A stretch of 64,000 nucleotides of DNA from Candidatus Latescibacterota bacterium (GTDB taxonomy: Bacteria; Latescibacterota; UBA2968), in the NCBI GenBank assembly GCA_965204745.1, contig OZ242010.1:1760001-1824000 (forward strand), written 5' to 3'. Positions 19,050-30,260 of the stretch are shown piece after piece (positions within the stretch are counted from its first letter, which is position 1; every line of letters starts with the position of its first letter). The position numbers were made by a program, and so were the translations under genes. The notes under the pieces were generated by a model. The model saw only the letters and a list, made by a program, of their open reading frames with translations. It was not told the origin of the DNA and searched no databases.

Positions 19050-20948
19050 ATGGATGCGAAAATGGGCACATTTTACATTACGACCCCGATTTACTACGTC
19101 AATGACGAACCCCACATCGGGCATGCGTACACGACGATTATGGCCGACGTGCTGGCGCGTTTTCACCGCTTGGCCGGCGACGAGGTGCTGTTTGTCACCG
19201 GCACGGATGAGCACGGGCAAAAAGTGGATGAGGCCGCCAAAAAACGCGCGTCGTCCCCACAGGCGCATGCCGACGAGATGGTGGTGAGGTTTCGGGATTT
19301 GTGGCAGGTGTTGAACATCTCCAACGACGATTTTATCCGCACGACCGAGGATCGACACAAGCGCGTCGTCAGCGATATTTTGCAGCGCATTTACGACGCG
19401 GGCGAGATTTACGCCGCTGATTACGAGGGTTGGTATTGCATTCCAGACGAGCGGTTTTGGACCGAGCGGGACCTGATAGCCGGCAATTGCCCGGACTGCG
19501 GGCGGCCCACGGTGAAAATATCCGAGAAGAATTACTTTTTCAGAATGAGCGCGTATCAGAGCTGGCTCATCGAGCACATCGAAACGCATCCGGAGTTTAT
19601 CCGCCCGGAAAAGCGGCGCAACGAGATTCTCGGGTTCTTGCGCCAACCCTTGGGCGATTTGTGCATTTCCCGGCCCAAGTCGCGCCTGGGATGGGGCATC
19701 CCGCTGCCATTTGACGCTGAGTACGTGTGCTACGTGTGGTTCGACGCGTTGATCAATTACATCACGGCGCCGGGCTATCTCGCGGATGGTGCGCGGTTTG
19801 AGCACTGGTGGCCCGCGTCTTGCCACTTGATCGGCAAAGACATTTTGACGACCCATTGCGTGTATTGGCCCACCATGCTCAAGGCGATGGGCGCGCCCTT
19901 GCCCGAAACCGTGATGGCGCACGGCTTTTGGCTCGTCGATGAGACCAAGATGGGAAAGTCGTTGGGCAATGCGGTGCGGCCCCTCGATCTGGCGGACAAA
20001 TACGGCGTAGATGCGTTTCGGTACTTTTTGGTGCGCGACATGACGCTGGGGCAAGACAGCGATTTTAGCGAGGTGGCTTTTGTGCAGCGGTACAATACCG
20101 AATTAGCCAATGAGTTGGGCAATTTGCTCAATCGGTCCGTGGTGATGGCTGCGCGCTATTTGGATGGGGTCATCCCGGGCATCGACCGCAACCACGCCGC
20201 GCTCGCCGCATTGAAAGCGCGAACCGCTGAGACCCTCGCCGCGGTGGCCGACGCCATCGACGCGCTGAATCCCAATGCCGCTTTGGACGCGATTTGGCGA
20301 TTGGTGCGCGAGGCCAACCGATTTGTCGAGGTGCAAGCGCCGTGGCATTTGGCGAAGGACGCGAGCAAACGGGCCGAGCTCGAGGTGACCATTTACGCGC
20401 TGCTGGAAACCATGCGGCAATTGTCGGTCTTGTTGTTCCCGGTGATCCCGTCAAAAGCGCGCGAGATTTGGCAACAACTCGGCGCGTCAGGTTCGCCCGA
20501 GGAGATCCATTTAGACGATTTGAAATCATGGGGAGGGCTGGATCCCGATGGCGAGGTCGCGCCCGGAAGTCCGGTTTTCCCGCGGATCGAGGAGGTCGAT
20601 GTGGCAACGGAAAAAGCAACAGAGGACTTGATTTCTTTTTCTGAATTTCAAAAGCTCGATTTGCGCGTGGCAAAAGTCGAAGCCGCGGATCGCGTGGCAG
20701 GCGCGGATCGCTTGTTGCGTTTGCAAATCCGCCTGGGCGATGAGCAACGCCAAATCGTCGCCGGCATCGCCGAACACTACGCGCCAGACGCACTCATCGG
20801 GCGGCAGATCGTGGTGGTCGCCAATTTGCAACCCGCGACCATCCGCGGCGTGGAATCCCAAGGCATGTTGCTGGCCGCCTCCGATGATCGCAACCTCGCA
20901 CTCATCGCACCCGACGGCGAGATCCGCGATGGCACGCAGGTTCGGTAG
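19050..20948 (+). CDS. metG: Methionine--tRNA ligase with C-terminal tRNA-binding domain
   Basis: FYITTPIYYVN..PHIGH, GTDEHGQK, KMGKS, OB-fold tail. Confidence 0.97.
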   Translation: MDAKMGTFYITTPIYYVNDEPHIGHAYTTIMADVLARFHRLAGDEVLFVTGTDEHGQKVDEAAKKRASSPQAHADEMVVRFRDLWQVLNISNDDFIRTTEDRHKRVVSDILQRIYDAGEIYAADYEGWYCIPDERFWTERDLIAGNCPDCGRPTVKISEKNYFFRMSAYQSWLIEHIETHPEFIRPEKRRNEILGFLRQPLGDLCISRPKSRLGWGIPLPFDAEYVCYVWFDALINYITAPGYLADGARFEHWWPASCHLIGKDILTTHCVYWPTMLKAMGAPLPETVMAHGFWLVDETKMGKSLGNAVRPLDLADKYGVDAFRYFLVRDMTLGQDSDFSEVAFVQRYNTELANELGNLLNRSVVMAARYLDGVIPGIDRNHAALAALKARTAETLAAVADAIDALNPNAALDAIWRLVREANRFVEVQAPWHLAKDASKRAELEVTIYALLETMRQLSVLLFPVIPSKAREIWQQLGASGSPEEIHLDDLKSWGGLDPDGEVAPGSPVFPRIEEVDVATEKATEDLISFSEFQKLDLRVAKVEAADRVAGADRLLRLQIRLGDEQRQIVAGIAEHYAPDALIGRQIVVVANLQPATIRGVESQGMLLAASDDRNLALIAPDGEIRDGTQVR

Positions 20949-21137
20949 CAACGATGAGAGGAGCCACAAGAAACACAAAAAGCACAAAAAAGGGCGAGAG
21001 GGGAGGGAGAGAAACACAACGGTGAAGAAGGAATGGGAAGCAATCTACGGGAACAAATACGGTAAATTCGCACGCCCTGCTTGGAATCGCTAGGCAAGCG
21101 GCCGTAAGTATCTCTCCTCAAAAAAAGAGGGAATGAT

Positions 21138-21341
21138 ATGAAACTCAAAGTCGTTATTCACAAAGCAGAAGAAGGCGGGTACTGGGCAGAAGTGCCATCC
21201 CTTGAAGGCTGTGCGACCCAAGGCGAGACATTTGACGAACTCCTCGAAAATATTTACGAAGCGGTTGAGGGATGTTTGTCCGTCGATCTCGAAGATTTCA
21301 AAATCACGCCTCAAGATAAAGTGATGGAGATAGCGGTTTGA
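21138..21341 (+). CDS. hicB: HicB-family antitoxin
   Basis: [29 protein letters not shown]. Confidence 0.85.
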   Translation: MKLKVVIHKAEEGGYWAEVPSLEGCATQGETFDELLENIYEAVEGCLSVDLEDFKITPQDKVMEIAV

Positions 21342-21393
21342 AATCTGTGACTGGGAGAGCGTTTTGCCGCTTATTGGAAAATCGGGACTGGCA

Positions 21394-21724
21394 ATGCGAA
21401 TAAAGCGTTGCATCCATTTATTGGGACCTACCCCCCTGGCCCCCCTTCCTGTGAGGAAGGGGGGAATGGCGAGAGGTTGTGCGAGGGGTTTGGGTTTCCA
21501 GAGCGTGATCTATTCGCTCAAAGCCATCAGAACAGCTAGGGAGACAAACCTTCAAAAAGCCATGCGCTCCCCCTTTCCTTGTAGGAAAGGGGGCCGGGGG
21601 GATAGGTCCTACGAGGAAGGGGAAGAACCTCTCTCGTTGCGGAGAGGAGCCGGATGACTCGTCCATGTCTTTGGGCGATTGGTCTCGGCTTGCTTCCTAC
21701 TCGCTTTCTACTCTTAATTCGCAT
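21394..21724 (+). mobile_element. Non-autonomous IS982-derived element with palindromic repeat A in place of the transposase
   Basis: Ends ATGCGAATAAAGCGT / ACTCTTAATTCGCAT match the IS982 at 24494-25477; TGGCA duplication. Confidence 0.85.
21423..21609. repeat. Palindromic repeat family A, copy 1 (others at 34205-34427 and 50807-50996)
   Basis: GGGACCTACCCCCC...GGGGGATAGGTCC ends with two internal CCCC(T)TTCC..GGAA(A)GGGG hairpins. Confidence 0.9.
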
Positions 21725-21968
21725 TGGCAATTGAAGCGTATCAAAGGCAGTCATCACATTTATGCTAGATCCGGAAATCCCGCTCGAATCTCAGTGCCCG
21801 TTCACAGCAATAAGACACTTAAGAAAGGCTTGCAAATACACTTTATGAAGATTGCTGGCATCGAGGAAAGTGAATTGTGAGGCTATCCCGAAATGAAGCG
21901 ACAACCGTCATCTTGCAATCTCGCCTTTCTTCCGCGTAATCCGCGTAATCCGCGATCAGGTTTTCCAC

Positions 21969-22730
21969 ATGCTTATCGACTCACACGCGCATTTGATGTT
22001 TTCGCAATTTAGCGGGGATTTGGACGAGGTGTTCGCTCGGGCACGCGCCGCGGGGGTGGGGCAGATCGTGAATGTGGGCACCAATTTGGAGACGAGCCGC
22101 GCTGCCGTCGCGCTTGCAAATGACCAGGTGTTTGCCACAGCGGGATTTCACCCGGCGGATTCGGCGAAAGCGGATGCGTCATCCCTCGAGAAATTGCCCG
22201 ATCTTTTGGCGCGTCAACAGGTCGTTGCAGTCGGGGAAACCGGGTTGGATTTCTATCGCGATTACGCGCCGCGCGATGTGCAGGAACGGGCGTTTCGGGC
22301 GCATATTCGGCTGGCGTGCGAAATGGGCCTGCCGCTGATCATCCACAGCCGCGCTGCCGAGACCCGCGTGTTGGACATCTTGGCAGAAGAAGGCGCGTCC
22401 CAAGTGGGCGGCGCAATGCACTGTTTTGGCGGGAACGCGGCAGAAGCCCGTCGCGCGGTTGATCTCGATTTTCATCTGGGCTTTGGCGGCATTGTCACGT
22501 TCAAAAACGCGCACGCATTGAAGGTCGCCTTGGGCGTGCCCGTCGATCGGTTGCTGTTGGAAACCGATTGTCCATTTCTGGCACCAGTGCCAAAACGCGG
22601 CAAGCGCAACGAGCCGGCATATGTGCGCTATGTCGCCGAGTGTTTGGCGCGTGCCGGACGCGGGGATTTTGACGCGGTCTGCCGGCAAACGACGCACAAT
22701 GCCCAGACCTTGTTTGGGTTGCCATCGTGA
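21969..22730 (+). CDS. tatD: TatD-family DNase
   Basis: LIDSHAH, GFHP, VGETGLD, IIHSR, HCF, LLETDCP. Confidence 0.93.
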   Translation: MLIDSHAHLMFSQFSGDLDEVFARARAAGVGQIVNVGTNLETSRAAVALANDQVFATAGFHPADSAKADASSLEKLPDLLARQQVVAVGETGLDFYRDYAPRDVQERAFRAHIRLACEMGLPLIIHSRAAETRVLDILAEEGASQVGGAMHCFGGNAAEARRAVDLDFHLGFGGIVTFKNAHALKVALGVPVDRLLLETDCPFLAPVPKRGKRNEPAYVRYVAECLARAGRGDFDAVCRQTTHNAQTLFGLPS

Positions 22731-23491
22731 AATCAAAAAAAAAATTGAGCCAGCATTTTCTCGTCAATGCCGCGTCTGCTACACAGATCGTGGAAGCCGC
22801 GCAAATTGGCAACGAGGACTCGGTCGTAGAAATCGGCCCTGGCCGCGGCGCATTGACAAACCTCTTAGTCGCCCAAGCGAACCGGGTCATCGCCATTGAA
22901 ATCGACGAAAAACTGTGCGACCTGCTCGCCGCGCGATTCGGGTCGCAACTACAACTCGTCCGCAAAGACGTGCGCCAAGTCAATTTGCCCGCGCTCGTGG
23001 AATCCAAAGCAATTCTGGTGGGCAACTTGCCCTATCACCTCACGGGCGCGCTCATCAGGCAGATTACGGATGCGCGCAGGGTTTGGAAACGCGCTGTGAT
23101 CACAGTACAACGCGAAGTCGCACAGCGCATGATCGCACAGCCGGGTAGCAAAACCTACGGCGTGTTGTCTATCGTCACGCAGGTGCGATGCGCGGCAACC
23201 CGGTTATTTGACCTGCCGCCCACGCATTTTTTTCCCGCGCCCAAGGTGCATTCGTCCGTGTTAATGCTGGATTTTCAAGCCCCTTCTGCTTATGATATTG
23301 CAAACGAAAGGCGTTTGTTCGGCATCGTGCGCGCCGCATTTCAGCAACGGCGAAAAATGGTGCGAAATGCACTCGCCCATGTGGTAGATGCCGAGACGCT
23401 GATGGCGGCAGAGGTCGATGGTCGCGCCCGTCCGGAAACCATCTCTATCGCCGGCTATGAACGGATTTGCCGCGCAATGGCAATGCGATAA
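22727..23491 (+). CDS. rsmA: 16S rRNA m6,2A dimethyltransferase
   Basis: KKKLSQHFL, EIGPGRGALT, GNLPY, QREVA, F.PAPKV.S, QRRK. Confidence 0.95.
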   Translation: MKSKKKLSQHFLVNAASATQIVEAAQIGNEDSVVEIGPGRGALTNLLVAQANRVIAIEIDEKLCDLLAARFGSQLQLVRKDVRQVNLPALVESKAILVGNLPYHLTGALIRQITDARRVWKRAVITVQREVAQRMIAQPGSKTYGVLSIVTQVRCAATRLFDLPPTHFFPAPKVHSSVLMLDFQAPSAYDIANERRLFGIVRAAFQQRRKMVRNALAHVVDAETLMAAEVDGRARPETISIAGYERICRAMAMR

Positions 23492-24493
23492 CTTTTAGAG
23501 AAAAGAGAAAACCCTTGTTGAATATTCGCCTCTACTTGTTCGCAAATGTGATGATGCTGGCCTTGACCGCATGCGGGGGTGAGAAGTACACCTCAGCTTC
23601 GTTCCCCAAGCCTATTCCGGCAACTGAAGGAGCCATTACAGTGACCATCGCCGAGTTCGCGTCTTTGCCCGATATCAGCGACGGTCGAGTAGCGCCGATG
23701 ATGTTGCTCGTCGATGAACCGGGCACGGGCCGCTTGTTTGTGAACGACCAGTCTGGCGTATTGTACAGTGTCAGTTACGACGGGCGCACTGTTGTGCCCT
23801 TTCTCGATCACACTGACGCGCTATGGGGAATCAAGGTACGAAGAAAAAACTCGCATCCACAAGACATACGCGAGTTACGCGGATTTCATAGTTTCGCTTT
23901 CCACCCGCAGTTCGCCGAGGCGAGCACACCGGGGTTCGGTAGGTTCTACACCTTTTTAGAATCGCGCAACGAAACCGATGATCTACTCCTGCTGGAGTGG
24001 ACAGCGGCGGATCCCTACGCCGCGTTCTACGATGGCGGCCCGCCGAGGGAACTCATGCGGAAGCCATGTAAGGATCATTGCTCCGGTATGCTCGGCTTCA
24101 ATCCAAGTGCAACCCCCGGGGATACCGACTTTGGGCTACTTTACATGTCGATAGGTGATGGATTAAACTCAGGTGAAGTTAAACGCAGCCTTGTCTCTCA
24201 AGATCTGAGCGAGATATTCGGCAAGATACTCCGCATTGACCCGCTTGGGTCAAACAGCACCAATGGGCAGTACGGCATTCCCGCGGACAACCCATTTGTC
24301 TCAACGCGCAATGCGCTCGCCGAAATCTACGCCTACGGCATGCGCCACCCGCAACGCTTTGGCTGGGATGTACGAAACGGCAATCTGTTCGTCGCAGACA
24401 TCGGTGAGTACCAGGTTGAGGAGATCAGCCTCGTCCCTGCTGGAGCCAACCTCGGCTGGCCTAATTGGGAGGGGAGTTTTATGCCTGTTGACG

Positions 24494-25477
24494 ATGCGAA
24501 TTAAGAGTTGAATCCATCGCGTACTTGTCTTTTCTTGAGGGCTCAGTCATTTCACCCTTAAAGGAAGGAGCACGCGATGGATTGGCAAGATAAACTCATT
24601 CACTTGTATGTCTATATTTGTCAGCAGTATGACCAAAAGCATCTGTGGTTTTATACACAACGCATGAGCAATAACGATACGCCGACCTTCACAGATGAAG
24701 AAGTGCTGACGATCTATTTGTTTGGGATCATGCAACAGCACACGCAGATCAAGGCGATTTATACCTATACCAAGGATCATCTTTCCGACTGGTTTCCCCA
24801 TCTGCCCACTTATGCAGGCTATATCCAGCGGTTGAACCGCTTGTGTGTGGTCTTCGCGCCATTGATTGAACAAATCCAAAAGGACAGTCCCGCAACCGAT
24901 CTCTCTGAACACACCTACTTGGTGGATTCCATGCCGATTGTCATGGCACAATCGGCACGCAGCGGTCAGGCGTGTGTGGCCGAAGAACAACTGGCCAACA
25001 AAGGCCGCTGCGCTTCCAAAAAGATGTGGTATTACGGCACCAAACTGCACATTGTCGCACAAGACCGTGAGAACGGCCTCCCGAAAGCAGAGTACATCGG
25101 CTTGACAGGTGCAGCAGAGCATGACCTGACCGCTTTGCGACAAGTCTTACCCGTTTTGCGTGATGGACACCTCTACGGCGATAAAATCTACGCCGATCAG
25201 CCCTTAAAAGACACGCTTAGCAAACAGCAGAACCTGATCTTCGAGACGCCGGTGAAGCGCAAGAAGGGACAAGAAAGCCTGACCGAAGCCGAAAAAGACT
25301 ATTCTCGGGCGGTTTCGAGCATACGACAGCCGATTGAGGCCTTGTTCAGTTGGATTGAACGAAAGACGAACATCTCGATGGCGTCTCGGGTACGATCCTA
25401 TGAGGGCTTACTCGTTCATGTCTTTGGGCGATTGACCGCGGCTTGCTTCTTACTCGCTTTCTACTCTTAATTCGCAT
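24494..25477 (+). mobile_element. IS982-family insertion sequence
   Basis: 15-bp perfect TIR ATGCGAATTAAGAGT/ACTCTTAATTCGCAT; TGACG duplication. Confidence 0.9.
24577..25470 (+). CDS. IS982-family DDE transposase
   Basis: FTDEEV, VDSMPI, YYGTKLH, HD, GDKIY, RQPIEALFS. Confidence 0.92.
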   Translation: MDWQDKLIHLYVYICQQYDQKHLWFYTQRMSNNDTPTFTDEEVLTIYLFGIMQQHTQIKAIYTYTKDHLSDWFPHLPTYAGYIQRLNRLCVVFAPLIEQIQKDSPATDLSEHTYLVDSMPIVMAQSARSGQACVAEEQLANKGRCASKKMWYYGTKLHIVAQDRENGLPKAEYIGLTGAAEHDLTALRQVLPVLRDGHLYGDKIYADQPLKDTLSKQQNLIFETPVKRKKGQESLTEAEKDYSRAVSSIRQPIEALFSWIERKTNISMASRVRSYEGLLVHVFGRLTAACFLLAFYS

Positions 25478-26075
25478 TGACGATTGGCGCGACGACTGGC
25501 GCATCATCTTCAGACTGGGCGAGAATGTGGTTCGGGCGATCCGGGAAGGGCACTTTCGGATCCAGCGTCCTTATGATCACCATGTCTTCAGTTACCGTAG
25601 CGACCCCAGCATCACCTATCCCGTTGTCGAGTTTGACCACTATGACCCATTATTAGGAGGAGACAGAGTCGCCATAACCGGTGTCGTCGTTTACCGTCAC
25701 GCTGCGATTCCCCAACTCGAGAACACGGTGCTCTTTGGCGACTTGGTCAGCGGCGAGGTGTTCTATTTTTCTGCGGACGACCTGCCCGAAGGCGGTCAAG
25801 CCGCCATTCGCCGGGTGCGGTTTGAGCATCGGGGCGAAACAAAGACCCTGTTGCAGATGATCCAAGAGAAGAATATCGCGCAGGGACGCGAGCCTGCTCA
25901 CCGTGCGGATATGCGATTCGGCACAGGGCCGAATGGGCAGATATTCTTGCTCAACAAGCAAGACGGGATCATTCGCCGCCTCATGCCGTAGTACCTGGAC
26001 AAAAAAATGGCAGTGATTGCCTACATTTTTGCCGCGTAATGGCGACGCAATAACTTTTAACGAAAGGGAGTTTCG

Positions 26076-26996
26076 ATGCCCATTCCGCAATCGGATAAAA
26101 TTTGGTTCAATGGGAATTTCGTGAATTGGGACGATGCCAAAATTCATGTGCTATCCCATGTGATACACTACGGTTCGAGCGTTTTCGAGGGGATCCGCTG
26201 TTATCAAACGGCGCGAGGGCCGGCGTGTTTCAGGCTTGGGGATCACGTCAACAGGCTTTGCGATTCCGCCAAAATCTACCGCTTGGACATTCCCTACACG
26301 CACGCCCAGCTCGAAGACGCCATTTTGGAGACGATCCGCGTGAACCGGTTGCAAGCGTGTTACGTCCGCCCCGTGGCGTTTCGGGGGTTTGGCGAACTGG
26401 CCGTCAACCCGATGCCCTGCCCTGTGGAAGTGGTGATCGCGGTGTGGGAATGGGGCAAGTACCTCGGCCCCGAGGCATTGGAAAAAGGCGTCTCAGCGCG
26501 CTTCGCGTCGTGGAATCGCTTTGCCCCCAACACCATGCCGTCACTCGCCAAAGTGGCTGCGAATTACATGAACGCCCAGTTAATCAAAATGGAAGCCATG
26601 GCCGATGGGTACGCCGAAGGCATTGCCTTAGACACGCAGGGCTATGTGAGCGAAGGCAGCGGCGAGAACATCTTCATGGTGAAAAACGGGCGGATTTACA
26701 CGCCTTCCACCGAGTCGTCCATCCTGCCCGGCATCACGCGCCACACAGTGATCACACTCGCCCGCGCCTTGGGCTACTCCGTGACGACCCGCCCCATTCC
26801 CCGCGAATCCCTGTACATCGCAGACGAGGTATTTTTCACGGGTAGCGCGGCGGAAATCACCCCGGTCACGGCCATCGACCACATTCCAGTCGGCGGCGGT
26901 GCCCGCGGCGAAATCACGCACCAACTCCAAGAAGCCTTTTTCGAGGTCGTAGAAGGCAGAACAGAAGACAAACACGCCTGGCTGACGTATGTGTAA
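26076..26996 (+). CDS. ilvE: Branched-chain amino acid aminotransferase
   Basis: HYGSSVFEGIR, AKVAANY, EGSGENIF, ILPGITR, ADEVFFTGSAAEI. Confidence 0.96.
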   Translation: MPIPQSDKIWFNGNFVNWDDAKIHVLSHVIHYGSSVFEGIRCYQTARGPACFRLGDHVNRLCDSAKIYRLDIPYTHAQLEDAILETIRVNRLQACYVRPVAFRGFGELAVNPMPCPVEVVIAVWEWGKYLGPEALEKGVSARFASWNRFAPNTMPSLAKVAANYMNAQLIKMEAMADGYAEGIALDTQGYVSEGSGENIFMVKNGRIYTPSTESSILPGITRHTVITLARALGYSVTTRPIPRESLYIADEVFFTGSAAEITPVTAIDHIPVGGGARGEITHQLQEAFFEVVEGRTEDKHAWLTYV

Positions 26997-27072
26997 CCTG
27001 AAAATCGGCGATCACCGGCGAACTTTACCGCGCAATGACAATGCGATAACTTTTAGCGAAAGGAGAAAACCC

Positions 27073-28560
27073 ATGTCGCATACTCGCCTCTACCTGTTCG
27101 CAAATGTGATGATGCTGGCTTTGACCGCATGCGGGAGTGAGAAGTACTCTCGATATCCGTTCCCTGAGCCTATTCCGGCAACCGAAGGGGCCATTACAGT
27201 GACCACCGCCGAGTTCGCATCCCTGCCCGATATTGACGGTCAGGCGGCGTTGATGATGTTGCTCGTCGATGAGCCGGGCACGGGCCGCTTGTTTGTGAAC
27301 GACCTGTCCGGTGTATTGTACAGCGTCAGTTACGACGGGCGCACTGTTGTGCCCTATCTCGATCACACTGACGCGCTATGGGGACTCGGAGTCAGAAAAC
27401 CTATATTGGAAGCAACTGCTTACCAACCAAGGAGACGAAGAGGATTTCAGAGTTTCGCTTTCCACCCGCAGTTCGCCGAGGTTGGCGCACCGAGGTTCGG
27501 TAAGTTCTACACTTTAGTCGAATTACACAACGAAACCAAGTATCTATCCCTGCTGGAGTGGACAGCGGAGGATCCCTACGCTGCGTTCTACGATGGCGGC
27601 CCGCCGAGGGAAGTCATGCGGAGCGAGCGATTGCCGGGTGATCGTTACTCCGGTATGCTCGGCTTCAATCCAAGTGCAACCCCCGAGGATCCCGACTTTG
27701 GGCTACTTTACTGGTCGATAGGCGGTGGATTAAACGAAGTCTGGTCTCAAGATCTGAGCAATATGTTCGGCAAGATACTCCGCATTGACCCGCTTGGCTC
27801 AAATAGCACCAACGGGCAGTACGGCATTCCCGCGGATAACCCATTTGTCTCAACGCGCAATGCGCTCGCCGAAATCTACGCCTACGGCATGCGCCACCCG
27901 CAACGCTTTGGCTGGGACGTACGAAACGGCAACCTGTTCGTCGCAGACATCGGTGGGGAGTTTGTCGAGGAAATCAGCCTTGTCACTGCTGGAGCCAACC
28001 TCGGCTGGCCTATATGGAGGGGGAGTTTTCTACGTGGTGACGATTGGCGCGACGACTGGCGCATCGTCGTCAGACTGGGCGAGAATGTGGTTCGGGCGAT
28101 CCGGGAAGGGCACTTCCGGATCCACCGTCCTTATGATTACCATGTCATCGATTTGGACAATCCCCGTAGCGACGCCAGCTTCACCTATCCCGTTGTCGAG
28201 TTTGACCACAGGGACCCGCTGTGGGAAACTCAAAGCACTGCCATAACCGGTGTCGTCGTTTACCGTCACGCTGCGATTCCCCAACTCGAGAACACGGTGC
28301 TCTTTGGCGAATTGGTCAGCGGCGAGGTGTTCTATTTTTTTGCGGACGATCTGCCCGAAGGCGGTCAAGCCGCCATTCGCCGGGTGCGGTTTGAGCATCG
28401 GGGCGAAACAAAGACCCTGTTGCAGATGATCCAAGAGAAGAATATCGCGCAGGGACGCGAGCCTACTGACCGTGCGGATCTGCGATTCGGCACAGGGCCG
28501 AATGGGCAGATATTCTTGCTCAACAAGCAAGACGGGATCATTCGCCGCCTCATGCCGTAG
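27073..28560 (+). CDS. PQQ/sorbosone-dehydrogenase-like beta-propeller lipoprotein, copy 2
   Basis: LTAC lipobox; AFHPQF, GKILRID, YGIPADNPF, EIYAYGMRHP, GANLGWP. Confidence 0.85.
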   Translation: MSHTRLYLFANVMMLALTACGSEKYSRYPFPEPIPATEGAITVTTAEFASLPDIDGQAALMMLLVDEPGTGRLFVNDLSGVLYSVSYDGRTVVPYLDHTDALWGLGVRKPILEATAYQPRRRRGFQSFAFHPQFAEVGAPRFGKFYTLVELHNETKYLSLLEWTAEDPYAAFYDGGPPREVMRSERLPGDRYSGMLGFNPSATPEDPDFGLLYWSIGGGLNEVWSQDLSNMFGKILRIDPLGSNSTNGQYGIPADNPFVSTRNALAEIYAYGMRHPQRFGWDVRNGNLFVADIGGEFVEEISLVTAGANLGWPIWRGSFLRGDDWRDDWRIVVRLGENVVRAIREGHFRIHRPYDYHVIDLDNPRSDASFTYPVVEFDHRDPLWETQSTAITGVVVYRHAAIPQLENTVLFGELVSGEVFYFFADDLPEGGQAAIRRVRFEHRGETKTLLQMIQEKNIAQGREPTDRADLRFGTGPNGQIFLLNKQDGIIRRLMP

Positions 28561-28688
28561 CACCTAAAAAAACAAACCGTTTAATACGACCAACTCTTGA
28601 AGGTGACTGGCGAAAAAATGGCAATGATTGCCTACATTTTTGCCGCGCAATGGCAATGCGATAACTTTTAGCAAAAGAAAGAAAACCC

Positions 28689-30260
28689 TTGTTGAATATT
28701 CGTCTCTACTTGTTAGCAAATATGATGATGGCGTGGTCGGCCTTGACCGTGTGCCTTTTGGAGCATCATATCTACATCCCCAAAGATCCGTCTGATGGTT
28801 ATAGGTTTGTCATCTCTCTTGTTAGATATTTATGCCCCCCCCCTCGCCAAGATCCGTTCCCTAAGGCTATTCCGGCAACCGAAGGGGCCATTACAGTGAA
28901 CATCGTCGAGTTCGCATCCCTGCCCGATATCAGCGACGGTCGGGTAGCGCCGATGATGTTGCTCGTCGATGAACCGGGCACGGGCCGCTTGTTTGTGAAC
29001 GACCAGTCCGGCGTATTGTACAGCATCAGTTACGACGGGCGCACTGTTGTGCCCTATCTCGATCACACTGACGCGCTATGGGGAATCGAGGTGCGAAGAA
29101 AAAACCTTTGGCCCAGAGACAAACGCGAGTTACGCGGGTTTCATAGTTTCGCCTTCCATCCGCAGTTCGCCGAGGCGGGCACACCGGGGTTCGGTAGGTT
29201 CTACACCTTTGTCGAATCGCGCAACGAAACCGATGATCTACTCCTGCTGGAGTGGACAGCGGCGGATCCCTACGCCGCGTTCTACGATGGCGGCCCGCCG
29301 AGGGAACTCATGCGGAAGCCATGTGTTAAGGATCATTGCTCTGGTATGCTCGGCTTCAATCCAAGTGCAACCCCCGGGGATACTGACTTTGGGCTACTTT
29401 ACATGTCGATAGGCGATGGATTAAACGCAGCCTGGTCTCAAGATCTGAGCAATCTATTTGGCAAGATACTCCGCATTGACCCGCTTGGGTCAAACAGCAC
29501 CAATGGGCAGTACGGCATTCCCGCGGACAACCCATTTGTCTCAGCGCGCAATGCGCTCGGCGAAATCTACGCCTACGGCATGCGCCACCCGCAACGCTTT
29601 GGCTGGGATGTACGAAACGGCAACCTGTTCGTCGCAGACATCGGTGAGTACCAGGTTGAGGAGATTAGCCTCGTCCCTGCTGGGGCCAACCTCGGCTGGC
29701 CTAATTGGGAGGGGAGTTTTCTGCTTTTTGACGACTGGCGCGACGACTGGCGCATCATCTTCAGACTGGTCAGAAATGTGGATTGGGCAATCCGGGGGGA
29801 ATGGCCCTGGGCCTTCGGAGATATCTCGCCTGAGGACCACCCTGTCTTGAGTTTGGACAATCTCCGTAGCGACGCCAGCATCACCTATCCCGTTGTCGAG
29901 TTTGACCACAAGGATCCGCTGTTGGGGAGAAGAAGAGTTGCTATAACCGGTGTCGTGGTTTACCGTCACGCTGCGATTCCCCAACTCGAGAACACGGTGC
30001 TCTTTGGCGACTTGGTCAGCGGCGAGGTGTTCTATTTTTCTGCGGACGACCTGCCCGAAGGTGGTCAAGCCGCCATTCGCCGGGTGCGGTTTGAGCATCG
30101 GGGCGAAACAAAGACCCTGTTGCAGATGATCCAAGAGATGAATATCGCGCAGGGACGCGAGCCTGCTCACCGTGCGGATATGCGATTCGGCACCGGGCCG
30201 AATGGGCAGATATTCTTGCTCAACAAGCAAGACGGGATCATTCGCCGCCTCATGCCGTAG
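28689..30260 (+). CDS. PQQ/sorbosone-dehydrogenase-like protein, copy 3 (altered N-terminus)
   Basis: Same motifs. Confidence 0.85.
   Translation: MLNIRLYLLANMMMAWSALTVCLLEHHIYIPKDPSDGYRFVISLVRYLCPPPRQDPFPKAIPATEGAITVNIVEFASLPDISDGRVAPMMLLVDEPGTGRLFVNDQSGVLYSISYDGRTVVPYLDHTDALWGIEVRRKNLWPRDKRELRGFHSFAFHPQFAEAGTPGFGRFYTFVESRNETDDLLLLEWTAADPYAAFYDGGPPRELMRKPCVKDHCSGMLGFNPSATPGDTDFGLLYMSIGDGLNAAWSQDLSNLFGKILRIDPLGSNSTNGQYGIPADNPFVSARNALGEIYAYGMRHPQRFGWDVRNGNLFVADIGEYQVEEISLVPAGANLGWPNWEGSFLLFDDWRDDWRIIFRLVRNVDWAIRGEWPWAFGDISPEDHPVLSLDNLRSDASITYPVVEFDHKDPLLGRRRVAITGVVVYRHAAIPQLENTVLFGDLVSGEVFYFSADDLPEGGQAAIRRVRFEHRGETKTLLQMIQEMNIAQGREPAHRADMRFGTGPNGQIFLLNKQDGIIRRLMP

Larger units (their letters stand above)
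21338..21880 (+). pseudogene. hicA: HicA toxin interrupted by an IS982-derived MITE
   Basis: Removing 21394-21729 gives [30 protein letters not shown]...ISVPVH. Confidence 0.9.
23515..25991 (+). pseudogene. PQQ/sorbosone-dehydrogenase-like lipoprotein, copy 1, split by IS982
   Basis: LTAC lipobox; removing the IS restores ...GSFMPVDDWRDDW... in frame. Confidence 0.88.
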
